From Rhodobacter capsulatus SB 1003 (lineage in GTDB: Bacteria; Pseudomonadota; Alphaproteobacteria; Rhodobacterales; Rhodobacteraceae), in contig NC_014034.1 in assembly GCF_000021865.1 (NCBI RefSeq), positions 2,070,001 through 2,102,000 of the forward strand: DNA of 32,000 bases, in the 5' to 3' direction. Shown one piece after another: positions 19,571-26,995 of this stretch (the stretch's first letter is position 1; the number at the start of each line of letters is the position of its first letter). The position numbers were made by a program, and so were the translations under genes. The notes beneath the pieces are model-generated. The model saw only the letters and a list, made by a program, of their open reading frames with translations, did not search any database and had not been told where the DNA came from.

Positions 19571-19638
19571 TGTCTCACTAACTCTTAGACATAGATGGCG
19601 GATCTGTCCCAAAATGCAAGATGTATTTCATTGGAACA
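19571..19638. promoter_or_regulatory. Candidate res-like / autoregulatory binding sites for the serine recombinase
   Basis: There are two inverted-repeat sites directly upstream of the recombinase gene. The first is TGTCT-N11-AGACA (19571-19591, 21 bp). The second is TGTCCC-N22-GGAACA (19605-19638, 34 bp, one mismatch between arms). A weak minus-strand promoter overlaps them: TTGCAT at 19619-19614 and, after a 17-nt spacer, ATCTAT at 19596-19591. Confidence 0.3.
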
Positions 19639-19948
19639 GTATTCAGGAGACCTTGAGACGCCTCACTAGACCATGCCCTGCGAGACGCACCCACGATGGA
19701 GAACGCGGGCCGTGCTGATCGTGCCGGTGGTTCTGGCGAGCATCGCTAACCGGGAAAGCTCAAGCAAACGCGGCCCCCACCGGGGGGAACCGCGCCGCAT
19801 CCGCCGTCGAGGGCTGACCTCTCAGATTTTTGGGCCAAAATCCTAGGACAGACCTTTGACGACTGGTACATAGACATGATACATCTGCGCCATCCAAGGC
19901 GCAGAAAACTCCTTGTAAATCAATGCCGCGGCGGCGATGGGCGCAGAC

Positions 19949-19971
19949 TTCGAGTCTCTCATCACCCACCA
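19949..19971 (+). repeat. attR core: 23-bp direct repeat of the tRNA-Val 3' end
   Basis: Identical to 8853-8875. The sequence upstream of it is unrelated to the tRNA, so it is a duplicated fragment and not a gene. Confidence 0.85.
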
Positions 19972-19996
19972 GAAATCCCGCAAGATCGCATCTACG

Positions 19997-20031
19997 CCAA
20001 AGGCGCCCCGGTCGGACCGGGGCGCCTTTGG
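19997..20031. terminator. Bidirectional intrinsic terminator (ancestral tRNA-Val terminator and terminator of the WecA-like gene)
   Basis: Perfect 15-bp stem CCAAAGGCGCCCCGG / CCGGGGCGCCTTTGG with a 5-nt loop, whose outer base pairs supply an AAA/TTT tract. It lies 26 nt right of attR and 22 nt past the stop at 20054. Confidence 0.6.
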
Positions 20032-20053
20032 ATCAGCAAGCAGCGACCGGGGA

Positions 20054-21151
20054 TCAGGCTTCCGACATCGCCCTCGGGCGCAGCGCAAGGGTGATCCCGC
20101 CCAGCAGCGCCACCTTGCGGTAGATCACCAGATACACCACCGTCACCAGCGCGATCGCCACCAGAAGCAGCGGCGTGCTCTCCCGGAACAGCACCATCAA
20201 CACCGTGGACAGGAACGGCAGCCCCATCACCACCAGCCCCGACAGCGCGTTGCGCAACTGCGGCGCGCCCAGAATCCCGGCCAGCCGACGCGCCCGCGAC
20301 CGATAGATCAGGCTGTGCAGATGCAGCCGGTCCGCCTGCCCGGGGTTCGTGCCCGCGCGCACCAGACGGCGGTGGATCGAAACCATCGTCTCGGTCACCG
20401 GATAGGACAGCGCCAGCAGCCCGACCAGCGGCGAGACCTCCGGGTTTCGGGCAGGCAGCGCCACCGCAAGCGCTGCCAGCATGAACCCCGTCGCATAGGC
20501 CCCGGCATCGCCCAGAAAGATCCGCCCCATCGGGAAGTTCATCAGGAAAAAGCCGCCAAGCGCCCCGGCCAGCACCAGGCTGATCCCGAGAAGCTGCTGA
20601 TCCCCGACCTGCGCCGCAACCACCCCGAACCCCGCCAGAATGATGATCGAGGTGCCCGAGGCCAGACCGTTCACCCCGTCGATCAGGTTGATCGCATTGG
20701 CCACCCCCCCCACCGCGAAGGCGGTGAACGGAATGGCGAAAGCGGCGAAGGCGAAGATCAGATCCAGACCGGGAAGGCCGACCTGCGCCACATGATAGCC
20801 CGAGGCGACACAGAAGATCAGGCCCGAGCAGATCGTCGCCAAGAGCCGGGTTTTCACCCCCACCCGCTTCGTCACATCCTCGATCAGGCCGAAGACAAGC
20901 GCGGGCAGCGCCGACAGCGACATCACCCACCACAGCGCGCGCGTCCCTTCGGGCAGCAGCAGCCCGCCCGCGACCGCCCCGGCACAAAGCGCCACCCCAC
21001 CGACCCTTGGCGTCGGGGCATGGTGCAATTTTTGCACGCCACTGTGGCTGTCATGGGTCAGATGCCCATGAAACCGCTGCGTGAGGATGATCGCCAAAGC
21101 CACGAAAAGACTGACGACCAGAGACAAGGAAAAAGCAGCCGAGTGGATCAT
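20054..21151 (-). CDS. Polyprenyl-phosphate N-acetylhexosamine-1-phosphate transferase (MraY/WecA family, initiating transferase)
   Basis: Multi-TM protein with VANAINLIDGVNGLASG and FLGDAGAY motifs typical of WecA/WbpL-type enzymes. The ATG at 21151 is preferred (AGGTGG upstream); the track ORF starts at a GTG at 21157. Confidence 0.85.
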   Translation of the reverse strand: MIHSAAFSLSLVVSLFVALAIILTQRFHGHLTHDSHSGVQKLHHAPTPRVGGVALCAGAVAGGLLLPEGTRALWWVMSLSALPALVFGLIEDVTKRVGVKTRLLATICSGLIFCVASGYHVAQVGLPGLDLIFAFAAFAIPFTAFAVGGVANAINLIDGVNGLASGTSIIILAGFGVVAAQVGDQQLLGISLVLAGALGGFFLMNFPMGRIFLGDAGAYATGFMLAALAVALPARNPEVSPLVGLLALSYPVTETMVSIHRRLVRAGTNPGQADRLHLHSLIYRSRARRLAGILGAPQLRNALSGLVVMGLPFLSTVLMVLFRESTPLLLVAIALVTVVYLVIYRKVALLGGITLALRPRAMSEA

Positions 21152-21512
21152 CACCACCTACCCGAAGTTGTGAACTGTATTTGAAGGAATGAGAAACAGC
21201 AGCACCATTAACACTTCATTCATCTTAAGGTAGATTGACGCCTTGTCCTAGAGGCTTTCACTCGGGGATTGCTGCAATGCCGCAATTTTGCGCAGACCGG
21301 CGCAAGGCCATGACAGAGTTGAACATCGCCGGGCAGCAGAATGGTTAATCGTTCCGACGCGCACCCAAAAGCGCCCGTCGCGCGGCGCGCTGACCGGGGA
21401 AAGACCGGGGCAAGGACCGGCGGGCGGCCGAATCACCTGCCCGGATCAGCTGTCCGGCGCGCGGATCGGCGCCCCGGTTCCGCGGCGGCGCCCCGGTCCG
21501 GCCCGGTCGCGC

Positions 21513-22022
21513 TCAGGCGCGGTGACATTCCGGAACGCCCAGATCGATGAGCTGCGCCCCCGAGATCGTGCGCAGGCCCACGCTGTACCGGCCCTCGCGC
21601 AGGTACCAGTCGCGCAGGGCGGGCGGATAATGCGCCGCGATCACCCGCGACCAGAAGTCGAATTCCTCGGGGGCAAGCGCGAGGCCGAAATAGCTGGGGC
21701 GATGGAAGCCGAACTGGCTGTTGCGGTTGATGCAGCTGCCGGGCAGGCCCAGATACATGGTGCAGGCGGAATAGCAGGCGCCGCGGATCTCGACGGTCTG
21801 GCCCGCGGCGGCCATGGCGCGGATGCGGTTGGCAAAGGCGCCGACATCGCCGCCCAGATCATTGCGCACGATGATCGGCGCAGGCGGCTGCCCCCCCGTC
21901 ACAAGGTCCTGCGCCGCCGCGCCCGAAAGGCCGAACGGCGCCGCGCCGCCCAGCCCCGCGCCAAAGGCCATCACCAGCGCAAAGCGCCGCCCCGCCCGCA
22001 GGCGGGCGAAAAAATCCGTCAT
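21513..22022 (-). CDS. Secreted hypothetical protein (signal peptide, four Cys)
   Basis: The ATG at 22022 gives MTDFFARLRAGRRFALVMAFGAGLGGAAPFGLSGAAAQD, which looks like a signal peptide. The mature part has conserved-looking Cys residues (RGACYSACTMYLGLPGSC). I cannot name a family securely. Confidence 0.5.
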   Translation of the reverse strand: MTDFFARLRAGRRFALVMAFGAGLGGAAPFGLSGAAAQDLVTGGQPPAPIIVRNDLGGDVGAFANRIRAMAAAGQTVEIRGACYSACTMYLGLPGSCINRNSQFGFHRPSYFGLALAPEEFDFWSRVIAAHYPPALRDWYLREGRYSVGLRTISGAQLIDLGVPECHRA

Positions 22023-22243
22023 CACGATCACCCCAAGTCCCGGCATGCCAAGGCACGCCCCCCCGGACGCCTCGCCAGCGCCCAAGACCACTAGAGCGCC
22101 GCGGGTTTAACAAAGCCTTAGCTTCCTCCCGACCCGGCCGGACCGAATGGCTAAACTTCGAGGCAAAGCCGACACCCCCATCGCCTTGCTCGACAGCGCC
22201 GCGCCCGGACCTTAGAACGGGGCCAAACCCCAAGAGGACAGTG

Positions 22244-23644
22244 ATGCCCCCCAAATTCGGAACCAGCGGCCTGCGCGGACGTGTCGTCGATCTGACGCCC
22301 GGGCTGATCGGCGCCCATGTCGCGGCCTTCCTGACCGCCTGCCCGACCGGCACCGGCCTGTTCGTCGGCCAGGATCTGCGCCCCTCCTCGGGCCGGATCG
22401 CGGCGGAGGTGATCGCGACGGCGCGCGCGGCGGGGCTTGCGGTCCGCGATTGCGGCGCGCTGCCCACGCCCGCGCTGGCGATGGCGGCGATGGCTTCGGG
22501 CGCGGCGGCGGTGATGGTCACTGGCAGCCACATCCCGGCCGACCGCAACGGGCTGAAATTCTACACCCCCACCGGCGAAATCACCAAGACGGACGAGGCG
22601 GCGATCCTGGCCGCGCTGGGCACCCCGGTCCCGCCGCGACCCGAGGGGCAGCTGACCCCCGCCCCGGCAGTGGCCGGGGCCTATGTCGCCCGTTACGTCA
22701 CCGCCTTTGGTCCCGCGGCGCTTTCGGGGCTGCGGCTCGGGCTTTATGAACATTCCTCGGTGGCGCGCGATCTGCTGCACGCGATCCTGCAGGGGCTTGG
22801 CGCGAAGGTGCTGCGGCTGGCGCGCTCCGACAGCTTCATCCCCGTCGATACCGAGGCGGTCGATCCCGCAACCCGCGCGACGCTGGCCGCCTGGTGCCGC
22901 GACCACGATCTGGCGGCGGTGCTTTCGACCGATGGCGACGCCGACCGGCCGATGCTGACCGACGGCACCGGGCAGGTGATCGCGGGCGATCTGCTGGGCG
23001 TGCTGACGGCGCGGGCGCTGGGCGCGCGGGTGATCTGCACCCCGGTCTCGTCGAATTCGCTGCTCGACCAGCTTCCCGATTTCGACGCCGTCACCCGCAC
23101 GAAGATCGGCTCGCCCTTTGTCATCGCCGCGATGGAGGCGGCGCGGGCACAAGATCCCGCTGCGAAAATCGTGGGATTCGAGGCGAATGGCGGCTTTCTG
23201 CTTGGCTTTGACGCGGCGGGTCCGGCCGGTCCGCTGCCCGCCCTGCGCACCCGCGATGCGGTGCTGCCGCTGCTCGCCCCGCTTGTCGCCGCCCGGCGCG
23301 CGGGGCAAAGCCTGGCCGCGCTTTGCGCCGCCCTGCCCGCCCGGGTGACCGCCTCGGACCGGCTGACCGACATGCCGACCGAGGCCAGCGCCGCCTTTCT
23401 GGCGCATCTGTCGCAAGAGGGCGCCGCCCGCGCGGCTTTTCTTGCCCGCTTCGGCACCGAGACCGCGCTGGACCGCACCGACGGGCTGCGGATCGGGCTG
23501 CAGGACGGGCGGGTGCTGCATCTGCGCCCCTCGGGCAATGCGCCCGAATTCCGTCTTTACACCGAAGCCGCCACCGCCGCCGCGGCGCAGGAGTTGCTGG
23601 CCGACGCGATGGCAGCGGTGGCCGCGGCGCTGGGCCGGAATTAA
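22244..23644 (+). CDS. manB: Phosphomannomutase/phosphoglucomutase (alpha-D-phosphohexomutase family)
   Basis: N-terminus KFGTSGLRG, phosphoserine loop TGSHIPADRNGLKFY, metal loop STDGDADRP, C-terminal RPSGNAPEFRLY. ATG at 22244 with GAGGA upstream. The symbol is inferred from the adjacent manC. Confidence 0.8.
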   Translation: MPPKFGTSGLRGRVVDLTPGLIGAHVAAFLTACPTGTGLFVGQDLRPSSGRIAAEVIATARAAGLAVRDCGALPTPALAMAAMASGAAAVMVTGSHIPADRNGLKFYTPTGEITKTDEAAILAALGTPVPPRPEGQLTPAPAVAGAYVARYVTAFGPAALSGLRLGLYEHSSVARDLLHAILQGLGAKVLRLARSDSFIPVDTEAVDPATRATLAAWCRDHDLAAVLSTDGDADRPMLTDGTGQVIAGDLLGVLTARALGARVICTPVSSNSLLDQLPDFDAVTRTKIGSPFVIAAMEAARAQDPAAKIVGFEANGGFLLGFDAAGPAGPLPALRTRDAVLPLLAPLVAARRAGQSLAALCAALPARVTASDRLTDMPTEASAAFLAHLSQEGAARAAFLARFGTETALDRTDGLRIGLQDGRVLHLRPSGNAPEFRLYTEAATAAAAQELLADAMAAVAAALGRN

Positions 23645-23688
23645 GGAATTGCGGCCGCGCCGCCTTCGTGCTTGCCTTGCACGGTCCA

Positions 23689-23748
23689 GACTTGCACCGT
23701 CACGACTTGCGCCTTCACGACTTGCGCCGTCACGACGTTCACCATCCC
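23689..23748 (+). repeat. Tandem 15-bp repeat, 3 good copies plus 1 degenerate, in the manB-manC intergenic region
   Basis: GACTTGCACCGTCAC / GACTTGCGCCTTCAC / GACTTGCGCCGTCAC / GACGTTCACCATCCC, followed by a G7 run (23749-23755) and the manC ATG at 23762. Confidence 0.8.
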
Positions 23749-23761
23749 GGGGGGGCAGCCG

Positions 23762-25195
23762 ATGATCTATCCGACAATCCTGTGTGGCGGCTCCGGCACC
23801 CGTCTGTGGCCGCTCTCGCGCAAGTCCTATCCGAAGCAATTCGTGCCGCTTCTGGGCCCGGAGACGCTGTTTCAGGCCTCGGCGCGGCGGCTGCACGGCC
23901 CTGGCTTCGCGCCCCCCGTGGTGCTGACGAACAGCGATTTCCGCTTCATCGTCACCGAACAGCTGGCCGAGGCGGGCATCGATCCCGGCGCGATCCTGAT
24001 CGAGCCCGAGGGCCGCAACACCGCCCCCGCCGTGCTCGCCGCCGCGCTGCATGCGCTGCAAGACGACCCCGAGGCGGTGCTGCTCGTCGCGCCCTCGGAT
24101 CATGCGATCCCCGATGCGGTGGCCTTTCGCAACGCCGTCACCCGCGGCCTGCCCGCGGTGGCGGCGGGGCAGATCGTCACCTTCGGCATCACGCCGACGC
24201 GGCCCGAAACCGGCTATGGCTATCTGGAACTGACCGCGCCGCCGGGCCCCGGGGGGGCGCCGGTGCCGCTGGCCCGTTTCGTCGAAAAGCCCGACCTTGC
24301 CCGCGCCGAGGCGATGCTGGCGGCGGGCACCTATCTGTGGAACGCCGGGATTTTCCTGTTTCGCGCCGCCGACATGCTGGAAGCCTTTCGGACCCATGCG
24401 CCCGAGGTTCTGGCCCCGGTCGAAGCCGCGCTGGCCGCGGCGCGCGCCGATCTGGGCTTTTTGCGCCTGGATCCCAAGGCCTGGGCGCAGGCGCCCGACA
24501 TCTCGATCGACTATGCGGTGATGGAACGGGCGACGAACCTTTGCGCCGTGCCCTTTGGCGGCGACTGGTCGGACCTTGGCGGCTGGGATGCGGTCTGGGC
24601 GGCGCAACCGCGCGATGCGGCCGGGGTGGCGACCTCGCAAGGCGCGACGGCGATCGAATGTCACGACAGCCTGCTGCGCTCGGAAAGCGAGGGGGTCGAG
24701 CTGGTCGGCATCGGGCTGACGAATGTGATCGCGGTGGCGATGAACGATGCGGTTCTGGTCGCCGACATGTCCCGCGCGCAGGAGGTGAAAAAGGCGGTCG
24801 AGGCGCTCAGGACGCGCAAGGCCAAGCAGGCGGAGCAGTTTCCCAAGGATCACCGGCCCTGGGGCTGGTTCGAGACGCTGGCGCTGGCCGACCGCTTTCA
24901 GGTCAAGCGCATCGTCGTGCATCCGGGCGCCAGCCTGAGCCTGCAAAGCCACCACCACCGCGCCGAACACTGGATCGTCGTGCAGGGCACGGCGCGGGTG
25001 ACGGTCGATGACCGGGTGACGCTGGTGACGGAAAACCAGTCCGTCTATGTGCCCTTGGGCGCGGTGCACCGGATGGAAAACCCCGGCAAGATGCCGATGG
25101 TGCTGATCGAGGTGCAGACCGGCGCCTATCTGGGCGAGGATGACATCATCCGCTATGACGACCCCTATGCCCGCGGTCCGGGCGCGAAGGGATGA
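23762..25195 (+). CDS. manC: Bifunctional mannose-1-phosphate guanylyltransferase / mannose-6-phosphate isomerase (type II PMI-GMP)
   Basis: N-terminus ILCGGSGTRLWPLSR, central GYGY and FVEKPD, C-terminal cupin motifs (RPWGWFE, HHHRAEHWIVVQGTA, ENPGK). Confidence 0.9.
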   Translation: MIYPTILCGGSGTRLWPLSRKSYPKQFVPLLGPETLFQASARRLHGPGFAPPVVLTNSDFRFIVTEQLAEAGIDPGAILIEPEGRNTAPAVLAAALHALQDDPEAVLLVAPSDHAIPDAVAFRNAVTRGLPAVAAGQIVTFGITPTRPETGYGYLELTAPPGPGGAPVPLARFVEKPDLARAEAMLAAGTYLWNAGIFLFRAADMLEAFRTHAPEVLAPVEAALAAARADLGFLRLDPKAWAQAPDISIDYAVMERATNLCAVPFGGDWSDLGGWDAVWAAQPRDAAGVATSQGATAIECHDSLLRSESEGVELVGIGLTNVIAVAMNDAVLVADMSRAQEVKKAVEALRTRKAKQAEQFPKDHRPWGWFETLALADRFQVKRIVVHPGASLSLQSHHHRAEHWIVVQGTARVTVDDRVTLVTENQSVYVPLGAVHRMENPGKMPMVLIEVQTGAYLGEDDIIRYDDPYARGPGAKG

Positions 25196-25199
25196 GAGC

Positions 25200-26180
25200 A
25201 TGAGAGATTTCGACCCCAATGGCGCGACCCAGGTGGTCTTCGGCGGCTCGGGTTTCATCGGCACGCATCTTCTGGGGCGGCTGCGCGCCGCGGGCGCGGC
25301 ACGGATCGTCAGCCTCGATCTGCGCCCGCCCGCGCGGCCGGTCGCCGGGGTGGACTACCGGATCGGCGACGTGCGCGATCTTTCGGGGCTGACGCTTCCG
25401 GGGCCGGTGCCGCGGATCTTCAACCTCGCGGCGGTGCATACGACGCCCGGTCACGCGCCCTGGGAATATTACGACGCCAATGTCCGCGGCGCCCGCGAGG
25501 TGGCGCGGTTCGCCGCCCGGCAGGGCTGCGGGCAGATCGTCTTCACCAGCTCGATTTCCGTCTATGGCCCCGACGAGGCCGCCAAGGACGAAAGCACCGC
25601 CCCCGCGCCGGTGTCGGATTACGGCCGCTCAAAGCGCATCGCCGAAGATCTGCACCGCGACTGGCTCGAGGCCGACCCGGACCGCCGTCTGGTGATCGTT
25701 CGCCCCGCGGTCGTCTTCGGTCTGGGCGAGGGCGGCAATTTCACCCGGCTGGCGCGGATGCTGGAAAAGGGGATTTTCGTCTATCCGGGCCGCAGGGACA
25801 CGATCAAATCCTGCATCCATGTCGCCGATCTGCTGGACTGGATGCTGGCGGCGGCGGATCTGCGCGAACGCAGCGTGCTGTTCAACGGCGCCTATGCGAA
25901 CCGCTACACGATCGAGGAGATCGTCGAGACCTTCCGCCGCGTCGCCTTTCCGAAGGCGCGCACGGCGATGCTGCCCGCCGGGGTGCTGAAGACGGCGGCG
26001 GCGGCCCTGCGGCCGATCTCGGCCACCGGCCTCGGCATCCATCCCGAGCGGATCGAGAAGCTGATGATCTCCACCAACATCCTGCCGCTTTGGGCCGAGG
26101 CGGCGGGGCTGGCGACCCGCGACCGGCTGGAACCGGCGCTGCGGGCCTGGCGCGCGGCGGGCGGCGGGCGGTTCCTGTAG
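25200..26180 (+). CDS. NAD-dependent epimerase/dehydratase (extended SDR)
   Basis: Rossmann motif VFGGSGFIGTHL and catalytic YGRSK (YxxxK). It starts 5 nt after the manC stop. Confidence 0.8.
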   Translation: MRDFDPNGATQVVFGGSGFIGTHLLGRLRAAGAARIVSLDLRPPARPVAGVDYRIGDVRDLSGLTLPGPVPRIFNLAAVHTTPGHAPWEYYDANVRGAREVARFAARQGCGQIVFTSSISVYGPDEAAKDESTAPAPVSDYGRSKRIAEDLHRDWLEADPDRRLVIVRPAVVFGLGEGGNFTRLARMLEKGIFVYPGRRDTIKSCIHVADLLDWMLAAADLRERSVLFNGAYANRYTIEEIVETFRRVAFPKARTAMLPAGVLKTAAAALRPISATGLGIHPERIEKLMISTNILPLWAEAAGLATRDRLEPALRAWRAAGGGRFL

Positions 26181-26188
26181 CGCCCGGC

Positions 26189-26995
26189 TCAGCCGCCGCG
26201 GATCATCGCCTCGAAGCGCAGATAGGCCGCCTCGGCCTGATCGCGCAGCGCTTCGGGGATGTCGAGCGGCACGGCGGCATCGCGGGCCGGGTCGTCGCGG
26301 CGCGGCTCGATCCGGGTGAAACGGCCGCTTTGCGTCGGATCGCCGCCCCCGCCCCGGCGCGAGGCCGCGGGGCTGACATAGCGGTTTTCCAGCGCCGGAA
26401 CGATCCGCAGCGCGGCGGAAATCCGCGAAAGCTCCGCCTCGGGGTCGCGGATCAGCGCGCCGAAGGTCAGCCAGACGCGACGATCGGGCGGAAACCGCGC
26501 CCAAAGCCGCGCCAGCGCATCGAGCCGGGTGACGTAATAGCGCGCCGCCGCCGCATCGTCGGGATATTCGTCTTCGCGGCCAATGCCCCGGAACAGATCG
26601 CGGATCGAGCGGATGCTCGGCCCCGGCCGCCGCGCCAGAAAGATCGCCCGCGCGGCAAAGAACCCGGGCGGGGCTTGCGCGTCGTGACGGTCGTGCAGGA
26701 TCTTGTCGAACAGATGCGCCGCCCCGGGCCGGAAACTGCCCCGCCGCGCCTGATTGACGACAAGCCGCCCCAGCGCCGCGGGGCCGTCGTAGCGGATATG
26801 CGCCTCGCCGTAGCCGCTGATGTCGGGGCGCGAACACAGGATGTTCGACAGCGCCGTCGAGCCGCAGCGCATATGCGCCAGCAGAAAGATCGACCGCTCG
26901 AACCGACACTGCGGCAGAAGCAGCCGCAGCCCCTGCCCCAGCCCCTGTTTCAACCCCTCTTTCAGCCCGGCGCGCCAGGGATCGGTGGGTGTCAT
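26189..26995 (-). CDS. Putative sulfotransferase-family protein
   Basis: FLLAHMRCGSTALSN resembles the 5'-phosphosulfate-binding loop, and FLARRPGPSIRSI resembles the 3'-phosphate-binding motif of PAPS-dependent sulfotransferases. The ATG at 26995 overlaps the stop of the upstream Wzy-like gene (ATGA). Confidence 0.5.
   Translation of the reverse strand: MTPTDPWRAGLKEGLKQGLGQGLRLLLPQCRFERSIFLLAHMRCGSTALSNILCSRPDISGYGEAHIRYDGPAALGRLVVNQARRGSFRPGAAHLFDKILHDRHDAQAPPGFFAARAIFLARRPGPSIRSIRDLFRGIGREDEYPDDAAAARYYVTRLDALARLWARFPPDRRVWLTFGALIRDPEAELSRISAALRIVPALENRYVSPAASRRGGGGDPTQSGRFTRIEPRRDDPARDAAVPLDIPEALRDQAEAAYLRFEAMIRGG

Larger units (their letters stand above)
8853..19971. mobile_element. About 11.1 kb integrative genomic island inserted in the tRNA-Val 3' end
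   Basis: Perfect 23-bp direct repeats at both ends and a tyrosine integrase immediately next to the tRNA. The cargo is accessory (IS remnant, R-M, recombinase). hsdS is visibly AT-richer than the flanks. A tRNA-type terminator hairpin sits just outside attR. Confidence 0.85.

Noticed and set aside
19600-19720. Small Xis/AlpA-like excisionase gene near attR (for example the 34-codon ATG ORF at 19614)
   Set aside because: There is no SD, no HTH-like sequence, and it is only the tail of a shadow ORF. No credible excisionase was found anywhere in the island.
13676-19800. Tn3-like terminal inverted repeats flanking the recombinase-hsdMSR block (GGGGTTCACCGGG at about 13680 versus the reverse complement of about 19775-19795)
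   Set aside because: Only about 10 of 16 positions match and similarity stops after about 12 nt. There is no transposase. This is not enough to call a transposon.
19949-19971. A second tRNA gene at the right island end
   Set aside because: Only the last 23 nt of tRNA-Val are present. The upstream sequence cannot form acceptor, D or anticodon arms. This is the att duplication.
23689-23748. CRISPR-like array
   Set aside because: The units are 15 bp, directly abutting with no spacers, there are only 3-4 copies, and no cas genes are present. It is a simple tandem repeat.
22151-25264. 1037-aa ORF on the minus strand spanning manB and manC
   Set aside because: It is an Arg/Gly/Pro/Gln-rich, low-complexity translation with no recognisable domain. 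It lies exactly antisense to two plus-strand genes with strong family motifs. This is a typical high-GC shadow ORF.
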